Part shown: positions 42,019 through 51,470 of the stretch, in pieces
How the letters are laid out: every line of letters starts with the position of its first letter
Numbering within the stretch: position 1 is the stretch's first letter
Assembly (NCBI GenBank): GCA_039799905.1
Contig: JBDLRP010000036.1
Span: 32,001-96,000 of the forward strand
Direction: 5' to 3'
Length of the DNA: 64,000 nt
From: Pseudomonadota bacterium
GTDB lineage: Bacteria > Bdellovibrionota_B > Oligoflexia > Silvanigrellales > Silvanigrellaceae
Translations under genes and position numbers: made by a program
The notes under the pieces: model-generated
Told to the model about the DNA's origin: nothing
Seen by the model: only the letters and a program-made list of their open reading frames with translations
Databases searched by the model: none

Positions 42019-43406
42019 TTGAGCTGACCTTTTTTGATTTCTGTGATGTTTTCCGAAACACTGTTAAGAAACTTTTGAATGTTTCTTCGCGTGTAAGCAT
42101 CCGTGTCTGGATACTTGTTAAGAATATTTTCGAGTATCTGCTTGCACTGAGAGAGGCTGTCAAGCTTGACTTGTGCATCTCCCGTCATCGATACGCGCTT
42201 GTATAATTCGGAAGCCTTGCGGCGCATGTCTTTGACGTGGGCTTCCGATGCTTCACGGCGGAGTCCGCGCGTGCGCTCGTTTTTGTTTGCCTCTGCGAGG
42301 CTGTCGAGAATTTCTACTGCATCACCTGGTTTGCCGTCGTTCAAGGCGAGCTTGGCAAGCTGAAGGGCCTTGTCGGTGGAGAGATCTGAGCGGTCGGTTG
42401 AACTCAGTATTGCCGCTGGGGTGAGGTTTGCGCATTGATTCGCTTGCGCAGCGTTTTGCGCATCAGTCAGTGCCGATTTTGCGGCTGAGTTTGCACCTGT
42501 TATTGAGTCGATGCGAACCTGGTGAGCGCGGCTTGGAAAGAGTCTGCGGATTTTTCCAGACACATCTTCGAGCGCCGCTGCGTCTCCCTTCATTCTTGTT
42601 TCTTCGAGAGTGGCGAGCTGACTTGCAAAGGAAAGCTCAAAAGCAGCGAAGAGTTTGAGGCGCGCCATGAGAAGCTTGTCGTAAGCCGTTCCCTGAGCGA
42701 CCAGGGACAGCAACTCATCAAGTTTCGTCAGAGCTGCCGATTGTGTTGCCGGATCTGCAAGGCTCGATCTGACATCTTTGAGGAGCGCAGCCTGCGGACC
42801 TGTGAGCATTGGTTCAATTCCCTGCAGGTCAAGCCTTAAAGTCTGGCCTGAAACCATCGACATGAACTGAAGTGCGGATAAGCTGACCGCTTTTGAAAAC
42901 GCATTGCGGGTAGAGGTCAGATCGCCGGCTGCAGAATAGCTCTCCGCCTTAAGTTGCTCGACGAAACCTGCACTGAACAGCGGTGATTCTTGTTTCAGCG
43001 TTCTGTCTGCCGCAGCGATAAATCGATTCAACGCTTCTTTGTCCTGCGGTGATTTTTGCTGTGCGCACCAGGAAGTCGCCAGAGTAACGCTGTGGGCATA
43101 GCTTTCGGCGGGTGCCATCAGCTGCCCTTCCAGTTTGCGAATCGTATCGCAATCGCGTTTTGCGAGTGCCGTTTCAAACTGCGTAACGTAAGGAATTTCA
43201 GGTCCAGTTTGCGCCTGTTTTGCGCTGTTGTCCTGACCCGTTGTTGTTGCGCCCGAGGGCCGTAGTTCTGGCGAGGGCGGCGGTGCGGCTTTTTTGGATT
43301 CGCAACTTTGCAGCACAAACGCGCTGCCAATGAACGCTAAAATAGCTGCTGATGATAGACTTGGAGCGCGCAGGGACATCGGACGAAAAAATGAAATGAC
43401 GGTCAT
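42015..43406 (-). CDS. Hypothetical helical (TPR-like) lipoprotein
   Basis: Hydrophobic signal ending FVLQS-C (lipobox-like), Pro-rich linker, Ala/Leu-rich helical repeats; overlaps the pgm start by 4 nt; start could be at a later ATG. Confidence 0.6.
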   Translation of the reverse strand: MTVISFFRPMSLRAPSLSSAAILAFIGSAFVLQSCESKKAAPPPSPELRPSGATTTGQDNSAKQAQTGPEIPYVTQFETALAKRDCDTIRKLEGQLMAPAESYAHSVTLATSWCAQQKSPQDKEALNRFIAAADRTLKQESPLFSAGFVEQLKAESYSAAGDLTSTRNAFSKAVSLSALQFMSMVSGQTLRLDLQGIEPMLTGPQAALLKDVRSSLADPATQSAALTKLDELLSLVAQGTAYDKLLMARLKLFAAFELSFASQLATLEETRMKGDAAALEDVSGKIRRLFPSRAHQVRIDSITGANSAAKSALTDAQNAAQANQCANLTPAAILSSTDRSDLSTDKALQLAKLALNDGKPGDAVEILDSLAEANKNERTRGLRREASEAHVKDMRRKASELYKRVSMTGDAQVKLDSLSQCKQILENILNKYPDTDAYTRRNIQKFLNSVSENITEIKKGQLK

Positions 43407-43448
43407 TGGGACGTCTCCGCAGGTTGACAGAGGAACGGCCCGCGGATG

Positions 43449-44699
43449 TTACCAGTGGCTTGAGAGGCCAAGCAAGTATCTGCGCTCTTTGTCTGCTTTG
43501 CCTTGAGTGAATATGGGAGCTTCGTAGGACGTCATCTCGACGTTGAAATGCGGAAGTGGAATAGCGAAGCCCCATGAGACGCGGGTGTCATTGAGCCCGC
43601 CGCGGATGGAAAAGGTCCTCGAACTAAGCGCATTGCCTAAAAATAACTCAACACCCGCATGGGTCAGTTGGTTGATATTGACGTCCTGAAAACCATAGTT
43701 TTTGCCGCGATAGCTGATGGGAAGCGGGTATATGTCGCCGGATACCTTCAAATTGAGGCGCGCTCCTCCAATTCGAATGCGAGGCACAATGCTGACGCCC
43801 ATGCGTACCTCGGTCGGGTCGAGTCTTGTGCCCTCGATGTCGTCCTTCACGTCGCCGCTGCGTTTTGCACCACAAATCGACTGGGACTTGCCAGTGGCCG
43901 GATTCACGAAGTTTTCAACGCATCCGGTCGGCAGGTTGAGCACAGAAAGGGCAAAACTTGGCATCCAAAAGTCGCCAGCGGTTACGATGAATCCCAGGTC
44001 GGCGGCGGTGGAGGTCGTTTTGTGTGAATTAGTTTTGATTGCGGCGAATAGCGACTTTGAGCTGACTGCGTCCGCGAGATTGTAAGTGGACTCCGAAGTC
44101 CAACGCATATTGGGACGCAGTGAAAGCCCAAATGCGGTCGCCCCCGTGCGGGACGCGAGGCTCATGTTCAACGCGGCGGTTGCGGTCGACTCGAGAAAGA
44201 CGCTCCGGCTGACTCCGTTGTCGGCGCTGGGGGGAGCAATGAGTGTTGAGCGGACTGGCATGCCAACGAAAAACGTTGGGCCCCCGCGTTCACCCAAAAC
44301 AGCCCACGGAAGCATTTGCAACTCGAAATAGTTCCGCTCGGCAGAGGAGAGTGTGGCGAGACTCTTGAGCCACTCAGAAGGCTTCAGAGCTTTGCCTTTA
44401 AACGACGAGAGTGCGGTTGAGTTTCCTCCAACCGACAGACCTGGCACATCTACAACATGAACTGCGGCTCTGCTGCGCGGATGGCGGGTTTTGTTGAGCG
44501 CAGCCGGGTTCGCAAAGAGCGCGTCTTCGTTAAAGGCATGTGCCGTTTGGCTGCCGCCGAGCGCTCTTGAGTAACTTGAACTCCAGACGTTCTTCCATTC
44601 CTGCGGATAAACGGCAGATTCGCCCTCAGCTGCATTCGCCTGTTGCGCAGCCAAGCAGAAAATGACGAAGTTTGTGAGCTGTGCTATTTGCCGCTTCAT
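43449..44699 (-). CDS. Putative outer-membrane beta-barrel protein (TraF/PorV/FadL-like N-terminal motif)
   Basis: Signal peptide ..QQANA-A, RALGG...A....ALFANPAAL motif, alternating strands, C-terminal ..YLLGLSSHW. Confidence 0.6.
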   Translation of the reverse strand: MKRQIAQLTNFVIFCLAAQQANAAEGESAVYPQEWKNVWSSSYSRALGGSQTAHAFNEDALFANPAALNKTRHPRSRAAVHVVDVPGLSVGGNSTALSSFKGKALKPSEWLKSLATLSSAERNYFELQMLPWAVLGERGGPTFFVGMPVRSTLIAPPSADNGVSRSVFLESTATAALNMSLASRTGATAFGLSLRPNMRWTSESTYNLADAVSSKSLFAAIKTNSHKTTSTAADLGFIVTAGDFWMPSFALSVLNLPTGCVENFVNPATGKSQSICGAKRSGDVKDDIEGTRLDPTEVRMGVSIVPRIRIGGARLNLKVSGDIYPLPISYRGKNYGFQDVNINQLTHAGVELFLGNALSSRTFSIRGGLNDTRVSWGFAIPLPHFNVEMTSYEAPIFTQGKADKERRYLLGLSSHW

Positions 44700-44811
44700 C
44701 GCAGCCCCCCGTTCTTTGATCGGAGAACTGCCCGTAAACATGAGGGAACAGTCATGTTTGCAGACACATGTGCAGTAATTGCCGTTTTTGCCTAGTTTTG
44801 TTGGAGTTTAA

Positions 44812-45912
44812 ATGCCTAATTTTCCTGATTATTTTTGGAAATTTCTGGAGCGAGGGCAGGTCCGCAGGAGCATGGCATTCGACATCTCACTCGAGAGCTT
44901 TCATCAGTGGGTTTCGGCGCAGCCGAAAATAGAAACACATGTCCACATGGAGGCAGCTGTTGCATCTTCTTTTTATTTGCAGCGTCCCGCACCCGACTCG
45001 TGGTCGGACTCCCTTCCATGGCAACGTTTGCCTTTTGAAAGTTTGCGGGGCTTCATTCGTGCCTGGGTTGATTTATCCAAGTCCATGCGCAGCTTGAATG
45101 ATTTTGAATGTCTTGCCGAGGCGTTCGTTGCAGAGCGAGTTGTCGCCAACATCCGATATTCAGAAGTGTACGTGTCTCCTGCCGATTTTTCTTTCATACG
45201 AAAACGCTTCTCCATTGCGCCGGAAATTTTTGAATTTGAGGATGTGGTTCGCGCTTATATCCGCGGACTGAAACGCGGACTCGCACAGCATGAAGGATTT
45301 GAAGTTCGGCTCATTGTTGATTCTTTGTGGATTTCTGATGCTGGGGAAAGGACGACAATTCTTCAGAGCCTAAAAAATATTCTTCAAGACTCGCACTGCT
45401 CCGATTCCGACGGACATTCATATGTGATCGGCGTGGGGCTCGGGGGGATGGAAAATCACGAAAACTTGCAAGAGAAAACAGAATTTTTTGCGGTTGTGCG
45501 CGACATGGGTTTGAAGATTGACATTCACAGCGGCGAGGGCGGAGATTCGGAAATTCATTTGGGAACGTTGAATGCTCTGCAGCCTGATCGTGTTGCTCAT
45601 GGTTTTGCCGGAGCCGTGGATGGCTATTTTTTCGAGAAAAATCTGGTAATGTGTCCACTCAGCAATCTTTTGTTGAAGACGTTCGCAGGTGAACCTCACG
45701 AACATCCGGTGTTTGACTGTCTGAAGCGCGGCTTGCCAGTTTGTATCGGATCGGATGATCCGCTGCTGCTCTCCAGTTCGCTCGCTCTGGATTACACATT
45801 CCTTCATGCATTCGCTGGCAACGGTCATGGAATTTTTGAATTTACGCAAAAAAACACGCGCGAACGCGTGCTCTCGGCCACTGCGCTGGCGCGCGTGGTG
45901 AAATTCCTCTGA
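44812..45912 (+). CDS. Adenosine/adenine deaminase family metallohydrolase
   Basis: PKIETHVHMEA (HxH), NIRYSEV, HSGE, RVAHG, CPLSN, GSDDP. Confidence 0.85.
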   Translation: MPNFPDYFWKFLERGQVRRSMAFDISLESFHQWVSAQPKIETHVHMEAAVASSFYLQRPAPDSWSDSLPWQRLPFESLRGFIRAWVDLSKSMRSLNDFECLAEAFVAERVVANIRYSEVYVSPADFSFIRKRFSIAPEIFEFEDVVRAYIRGLKRGLAQHEGFEVRLIVDSLWISDAGERTTILQSLKNILQDSHCSDSDGHSYVIGVGLGGMENHENLQEKTEFFAVVRDMGLKIDIHSGEGGDSEIHLGTLNALQPDRVAHGFAGAVDGYFFEKNLVMCPLSNLLLKTFAGEPHEHPVFDCLKRGLPVCIGSDDPLLLSSSLALDYTFLHAFAGNGHGIFEFTQKNTRERVLSATALARVVKFL

Positions 45913-45918
45913 ACATGA

Positions 45919-47151
45919 TCACGAGGCCAGCGAGAGCATTGTCTCCAAAGGCGACGGCTTGGCACCCACCTTCGCGGGTTTGACGTTTTCCTTGATCTTG
46001 CGGAGTTTTGTCAGCGGCAGCACACGACCTGGTTTTTTGGTGCCTTCCGTCAGCATTCCCTGAAGGTTCAGCATGATGTCTTCCATGATGGGAGTTTTGA
46101 TCGGTCTGTTGCCGCGAAGAATGTTCTCGACGGTTGCAAGTTCTTCCTCGAGCAGTTCACGCGAGACCTCGCCAAAGAGACGCAGGTGCTTCTGCAATAC
46201 CACACAAAGGTTTTCTGCAAGTTGCTTTTGTGAAACTTCGGCCGCCGAGCGGATCAGCAAAGCCAGATGTTGAGCAGTCATGGACAAACTTTGATGTTCT
46301 TTTGAGACCCATTCAGAATAGGAAGCCATGAAGCTCGGAAATTCATCGGGATGTTTGAGCATGTAGTGACGCAACACGCTGTGGCTCATTTCTGCCAGCG
46401 CGGGAGCTGCGGAAAAAAACGAACTGAGGTGCTCTGCAAGAAAGAAGAATGCTGCGTTTCCACGTTTTTTCTGTTCGAAGAAAGCCTGCAAAAGATCGTC
46501 CAGCAGACTCTGTCCGAATCGGCTGATCACGCGGTTCAGCTGCGATGTTGTGCTCGCGTTGAGCGGACACTTGGATAGGTAGTGCAGCAGAGAAACTCTT
46601 ATAGCGTTGTTGTTTACGTTGCTGCGCGCAAGCAGGCTTGTCGTCACGTACTCTACAACCCTCGATGCGCCTTGAGGGTCGAGACCGCCCTGACCGGCGC
46701 GTTCTGCCACCATCAATCCGAACTCGGTCACCAGCACAAGTACGGCTTGTCCAATTGAATGTTTGCTGTGGCTGTCAGACAGTTCCATATCTGATAGATG
46801 CAACATTGCCATGGAAATTTCGCGATAAAAATCGGAGTCCTGAGACTGTTCGAGCAAAGCCCTCAGAAAGGAGAGGCTAGTATCCCAATCCCTCTCGTGG
46901 GCAAGGCCGGCTGCGACCAACCAGATCGTTCCCTCGAGATGTTTTTCGTTGTCGAAGTGAGTCTTGATCCGCGAGGCTGCGTGTCTCACTATCCTCTCGC
47001 GAGCTTCAGAACTCGAGCATTTGAATCCGCGAAGAAAATTCAATTTGTGCGCTTCACTCGAGTGCGGCTGGAGTGCGGCATCGTCGTTGAGCTCCTTCAT
47101 GGCCGTCTCTATGGCCTGTTCTGGCGACAATTCCTTTAGGTGATGTGACAT
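45919..47151 (-). CDS. Hypothetical all-helical protein with basic C-terminal tail
   Basis: 410-aa ORF, SD GAGAGGGG, 27 nt downstream of the GYF-PilZ gene; no family recognised. Confidence 0.65.
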   Translation of the reverse strand: MSHHLKELSPEQAIETAMKELNDDAALQPHSSEAHKLNFLRGFKCSSSEARERIVRHAASRIKTHFDNEKHLEGTIWLVAAGLAHERDWDTSLSFLRALLEQSQDSDFYREISMAMLHLSDMELSDSHSKHSIGQAVLVLVTEFGLMVAERAGQGGLDPQGASRVVEYVTTSLLARSNVNNNAIRVSLLHYLSKCPLNASTTSQLNRVISRFGQSLLDDLLQAFFEQKKRGNAAFFFLAEHLSSFFSAAPALAEMSHSVLRHYMLKHPDEFPSFMASYSEWVSKEHQSLSMTAQHLALLIRSAAEVSQKQLAENLCVVLQKHLRLFGEVSRELLEEELATVENILRGNRPIKTPIMEDIMLNLQGMLTEGTKKPGRVLPLTKLRKIKENVKPAKVGAKPSPLETMLSLAS

Positions 47152-47178
47152 GACGTGCCCCCTCTCACAACTTTCCGT

Positions 47179-47736
47179 TTAGTGAGCCTGATGACGTTTG
47201 ACGTAGTCGACGATGCGAGAGCGTGAGTTCTCATCGAGTCCTCTGAGCTCAAGTCCATAGCCGACGTGCAAACCCTTTTCTCTGACCTGACGCACGACAA
47301 TCGCCCTCAGGTGCATTGGCTTTCCGAGCCCCTTGCCTTCTTTGAGTGTCAGTTTCACTTCGTCGTTCAATTTGAAAACGGCATCTTCCGTCTCGAAGTA
47401 AATTCCTGAAATTGAAATATTTTTGATGTGTCCAGTCGCAACGCTGGTGTCGTTGTGTGCAACGACAAGTTCATGAATGGTTGCACGCGGAGCCCTGCGG
47501 CCTTGTCCCGCCTGTTCGCCGACCGGAACTGAGATGAGGTGCGACTTCGCCGGGGCCTTTAGTTCGCTGACTTCTCCGAGCGGTCGCCAATCTGGAAATC
47601 CTTCTCTGTAAACGTAGTCAGCTTCTTTGAGATTTCCTTCGGCAATTGCGGCACGCAGCTCGACTTCAGTCATCGGGCCGACTTGCTCTTCCCGTGCGTA
47701 ATAGAACCAGATTCTTTCGTTCAGCGCGGCTCCCAT
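47179..47736 (-). CDS. GYF_2 (DUF4339) plus PilZ domain protein, probable c-di-GMP receptor
   Basis: WFYY....QVGP....L...I..G.L...DYVYREG..DW.PL.EV.EL (GYF_2); RRAPR and NISISG (PilZ RxxxR and D/NxSxxG). Confidence 0.85.
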   Translation of the reverse strand: MGAALNERIWFYYAREEQVGPMTEVELRAAIAEGNLKEADYVYREGFPDWRPLGEVSELKAPAKSHLISVPVGEQAGQGRRAPRATIHELVVAHNDTSVATGHIKNISISGIYFETEDAVFKLNDEVKLTLKEGKGLGKPMHLRAIVVRQVREKGLHVGYGLELRGLDENSRSRIVDYVKRHQAH

Positions 47737-47781
47737 TGCCTTCAACCCTCCGAAATTCTCAATCCCTGAAGAACAAAACGT

Positions 47782-47809
47782 TCATCGGAAGGACTCGATA
47801 TGAACTTGA
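47782..47809 (-). promoter_or_regulatory. Putative sigma28 (FliA) promoter for the GYF-PilZ gene
   Basis: Minus strand reads TCAAG-N15-TCCGATGA about 45 nt upstream of the start; resembles TCAAG/TAAA...GCCGATAA with spacing 1 nt longer than the enteric consensus. Confidence 0.45.
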
Positions 47810-47947
47810 CAATAAATTTGAATTCTTTAACAAAACAGCAAAAGTAATAGTTATTATAGAAATTTATACTGCCTTTTGTTTCTTGCGGGTGTTGCTGGTT
47901 TTGGGTGACGGAATCGGCGAAAATACAGCTTGTGGAGGTGGGATGAG

Positions 47948-48475
47948 ATGTGTCCAAAATTCAGCGGTCTTTTGGGAAAGATTCTGATTATACTGGCGTT
48001 ACCTATGTATTGTGGGCAGTCGATGGCAAGACCTGCCGTAAAGCAAATTCCTCAATATCAGGGCACAACTGCTTCCGAGATTCCGGATTCCAACTCTGAA
48101 TATATGAACATGATTTCGCGCCTTGAGCGGATGGATGCAGACGGACAGAGGGCCACGCTGGTCTCGGATGGTTTCTTTAGCGGACTGAGTTGGATAGGTC
48201 GGACTGCGTGTCTCAATTATGTGTGTGGAGTTTTAAGCACTGATCTCTGCAGACGAGCCTTGGAACTTGGTCTCAAGGATGAGGCATTGGTTGTCCGTGA
48301 CCACGCCTTACGGATTACCATTTCAGCCAAGCAACTTACAGAAGTTGAAAAGAGGATTGCAGCCGAGCGAATGGTGGAGGACTCGCGCAACTATAGAAAA
48401 GGCCGACCTTTCTGGATTGTCGATAGAGCGCGCGGTTTTCTTGTTGCCGAGTCGGGCAATTCAACGGCGAGATGA
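47948..48475 (+). CDS. Hypothetical exported protein with a HEAT-like repeat
   Basis: GGAGG SD, N-terminal hydrophobic segment, ALELGLKDEALVVRDHA resembles a HEAT repeat. Confidence 0.55.
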   Translation: MCPKFSGLLGKILIILALPMYCGQSMARPAVKQIPQYQGTTASEIPDSNSEYMNMISRLERMDADGQRATLVSDGFFSGLSWIGRTACLNYVCGVLSTDLCRRALELGLKDEALVVRDHALRITISAKQLTEVEKRIAAERMVEDSRNYRKGRPFWIVDRARGFLVAESGNSTAR

Positions 48476-49654
48476 GCCGAGAGCAGTCTTCAACTTCTGC
48501 AATACATCTCTGAGCCACCTCGGATCCTTGACTCCCTCGAAACTGAGCTCAACCCGCCGATTGCGCGCCCATGCAACGTCACTTTGCGCGGGGTCGATGG
48601 GTCGTGCAGGGCCGAACCCGACGGCACGCATACGCGCTGCAGGCACATCTGCTCGAATGAGAGCCTCTCTCACAGCCGTTGCGCGTGCGAGCGACAATCG
48701 GTTGTTGTACTCGAGTGAACCGCGGATGTCAGTGTGACCTTCGATGGTCACGCTCGACCATCGGTCCTGATTTTGAGCAAGCACCAGACCGAGTTCACGG
48801 AGAAAGATTTCTGAACGCTTCAGCAAAATGGCTTTGTCGGTCTCGAAATTGACCATCTCGGAATCGAGCAAAAACCTCACATTCTCTTTGACAATTGTGC
48901 GCTCGATTGTCTTTTCGACCTGAACCTTTTTGACAGTTTCATCGTTGGTCAGATTGCGGATTTCTTTGATTACAGTTTTTGGGCTGAAAATGTTTGTGCC
49001 GAATTGCAGACTCAGCATTGCGATATGCACTTGTCTTTCGAATAGATTGACGTCCGAAAGATAAGAAAGCATCACGCGCGGCTTGAAATCGGTGCCGAAC
49101 TCAAGCCCGAGCTGCGCACCCAGAAAAATAGCGGCCCGGTATGCCTTTTTTGTATCTGGCCCGAAGGAAGAGTTCGTACCCACGAACGCACTGGCAACCG
49201 GTCCGAATGACCAAATGCCATCGCCGTCGACGCTGTGATTCAAGCGAAAGCGCGCGGCGAAGTCGGTAGTGGCAGTTTTGGTTTGAATGCTCACATTCTC
49301 GAGCTGGACTTTGCTTCCTGGCGTGTCTCCCTCGATGATGTCCGCGCTGCCCTTTAGGAGCGACGATGAGTAACCGGCGCCTGCCTCAATTTCTAGGTTC
49401 GGGTTGTAAAAGGTCAGGACCGCCTTTCCGCCCACCAGTGTTCCCTGCTTGGCACTTTCATCGTCGTCGTTGGGAGACGTTTTCATGAATGCACCGTCGC
49501 CACTGATAAACAAATTGAGCCCGAATCCGCTGGGTCGTGCAGAATCCTCTGATGTCCGCACTGTGCGGCTGTGAGAGGGAGCTGCTGTCGCAAGTTGAAA
49601 AGTGCCCATGCAGCAGAGGAATGTCATATATTGTAGAGCAGGGCGCAGCATCAT
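48461..49654 (-). CDS. OmpA-family protein (N-terminal beta-barrel plus canonical peptidoglycan-binding domain)
   Basis: VNFETDKA.L, IEGHTD.RG...YN..LS..RA.AV, GFG..RP, NRRVE; start overlaps the upstream stop (ATGA). Confidence 0.88.
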   Translation of the reverse strand: MMLRPALQYMTFLCCMGTFQLATAAPSHSRTVRTSEDSARPSGFGLNLFISGDGAFMKTSPNDDDESAKQGTLVGGKAVLTFYNPNLEIEAGAGYSSSLLKGSADIIEGDTPGSKVQLENVSIQTKTATTDFAARFRLNHSVDGDGIWSFGPVASAFVGTNSSFGPDTKKAYRAAIFLGAQLGLEFGTDFKPRVMLSYLSDVNLFERQVHIAMLSLQFGTNIFSPKTVIKEIRNLTNDETVKKVQVEKTIERTIVKENVRFLLDSEMVNFETDKAILLKRSEIFLRELGLVLAQNQDRWSSVTIEGHTDIRGSLEYNNRLSLARATAVREALIRADVPAARMRAVGFGPARPIDPAQSDVAWARNRRVELSFEGVKDPRWLRDVLQKLKTALGSSRR

Positions 49655-50841
49655 TTGCACTTCTCTCCCTTGCATGTTTCAGGAGTCGAGTAGCGCTTGA
49701 ACAAACTGTTGAGTTCATCGGTGACGGTGTCCGGTTGACTGAGCCCTGTGAATGAAAAATCCACGAGCGTTACAGAAAAGGGACCAGATGCATATTCGCC
49801 GATATTGGGGCGTCCACCCAAGCCGGCAGCCAGAATGCGCTGGCCGTTGAGGCCAGTGCTGACCAACGCATTGCGGATGGCCTGTGCACGGCGTTCACTC
49901 AGCCGAAGATCTCGTTGTGGATCTGGGGAAGCTTTAATCTGTGCTTCAATTGTAAGGGTTTTGAAATAGGGCTGAAGAGGTTTCAATGCACTACTCAGCT
50001 CGAGTATGAATGACTGCATTTCGGGAGAAAGAAGCGCATCGTTTCGATTGAAGCGGAATGAGTCACGAGGCAGTGAATACTTGCTCACGTCGCGCACAAC
50101 GGTGCGGGAAATGACACGTGGCACTTCAACCTTTTGAATACGTTCCGAGCGTATGACCACATCGGTCTTTCTCAGAAGAGTATCGTAACCCTGGAGCGGA
50201 AGTCCGAACTGAAGCGTCAGTCCGTAAGTCTGCACGTAGCGTTGGTTGTCAGGAATTTCGAATAAATATTGCGCTCCGAGACGAAAAATTCCGGATTCAC
50301 TGAGAAGGTCGACAGCGAGCATTCCACCGCCGAGAAGCATATTCCTCACCAGTCCTTTTCGCTGGCTGAGCGTTAGGTCTGTTCCAAAATAATCCTGCAC
50401 GATCAGGCCGAGGTTGAACTTCGGTGTCAGCCGGTATCGCATCCCACCTTCGACAAAAGCAGACTGTGTATAAATGCGGTGACCAATCTCGGGAGCGGCC
50501 GGATTGTTGTCGCGGGTTTTGCCGTACAGTGCAGAGAATCCCCATCCTATGCCACCTTCAAGAATCCAGCTGTCCAGCAGAAATGATGCAAGAGCTTTGC
50601 CTGTCAGGTAGTTGCCCGTAAACGGACCTTCGTTGCTGATGGTTGTCGTGTGATTCAATAAACCTACGTCGGTTCCAAGCTGCAGAACAGTTGGCAGCGT
50701 CGTTTCTGAGCGAATTATTTTTTCAGTTGTCTTTGATGAAATCTGAGGATCACTGGCCAATGTTCCGGCCCGCGCCTGCGGTGCAGAAAAAAGCAAGCCT
50801 AGAGCAGCTGTGGCTGCAAGCTGAATCCGACCGATAGGCAT
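49651..50841 (-). CDS. OmpA-family paralog with degenerate peptidoglycan-binding domain
   Basis: Signal peptide, beta-barrel-like N-terminus, FRFNRNDALL, LSERRAQAIRNAL, AAGLG; GHTD and NRRVE motifs absent. Confidence 0.75.
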   Translation of the reverse strand: MPIGRIQLAATAALGLLFSAPQARAGTLASDPQISSKTTEKIIRSETTLPTVLQLGTDVGLLNHTTTISNEGPFTGNYLTGKALASFLLDSWILEGGIGWGFSALYGKTRDNNPAAPEIGHRIYTQSAFVEGGMRYRLTPKFNLGLIVQDYFGTDLTLSQRKGLVRNMLLGGGMLAVDLLSESGIFRLGAQYLFEIPDNQRYVQTYGLTLQFGLPLQGYDTLLRKTDVVIRSERIQKVEVPRVISRTVVRDVSKYSLPRDSFRFNRNDALLSPEMQSFILELSSALKPLQPYFKTLTIEAQIKASPDPQRDLRLSERRAQAIRNALVSTGLNGQRILAAGLGGRPNIGEYASGPFSVTLVDFSFTGLSQPDTVTDELNSLFKRYSTPETCKGEKCK

Positions 50842-50861
50842 GGGACTGTCTCTCCTGAATG

Positions 50862-51470
50862 TTATCCCATATAGGAGAGTAGCTGAACCTCGCTTTGAGA
50901 CAAGCCAAGTTTCCGGCAGATCACGGACAGTTCCTTGCCATCGTGAATCAATCGGCGAGCTTCTGCGTATTTTTCAGCCTGAAGTTCCTTGAGAACTTCG
51001 TCGGACGGAACATTTTCGTCGAGGAAGCGGAGTATCTTGCGGGCATTTGCCGTTGACTCGAGTAATTGTCCATTGGTCTGCTCAGCAACCTGAACTGTCT
51101 TTTCGAGTTGCATTTTTTGGCGGTTAATTTGTCCGACCGACACGTCGGCAAGTGCCCTGAGTTTTTCTTCGAGGTCATTGACGACCAGCTCAGACTTGCG
51201 ACTCATTTCCGTCCATTCATCGTGGGCGTCTGCACCGATCCTGCGCAATTTGTTGAGTGTCTCTTCCGAGAGTCGTTTGGCTTCCTTCAACTCGCGCGCG
51301 ACAGACTGTTGCAATTCGACCAGCTCATGACGCTCGGCGTCCAGTCGGGCGAATTCCTTTTCACGGGCGCGTTTGCCATTGGCAAGCCAGCGGAAGCAGG
51401 TCATGAAGAACACCACCTCCAGCAGTAAAAACAACGCGCCAAAGCTTGCAATGATAACGATATTGTTCAC
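50862..51470 (-). CDS. Membrane-anchored coiled-coil protein with C-terminal HTH-like (DUF2802-like) domain
   Basis: N-terminal TM, heptad region, KYAEARRLIHDG....I.RKLGLSQSEVQLL; located in the flagellar operon tail. Confidence 0.65.
   Translation of the reverse strand: MNNIVIIASFGALFLLLEVVFFMTCFRWLANGKRAREKEFARLDAERHELVELQQSVARELKEAKRLSEETLNKLRRIGADAHDEWTEMSRKSELVVNDLEEKLRALADVSVGQINRQKMQLEKTVQVAEQTNGQLLESTANARKILRFLDENVPSDEVLKELQAEKYAEARRLIHDGKELSVICRKLGLSQSEVQLLSYMG

Noticed and set aside
47806..47835. TTGACA on the plus strand in the AT-rich intergenic region
   Set aside because: The best -10 candidate (TAACAA at 16 nt) is weak; the same bases fit the minus-strand sigma28-like motif better
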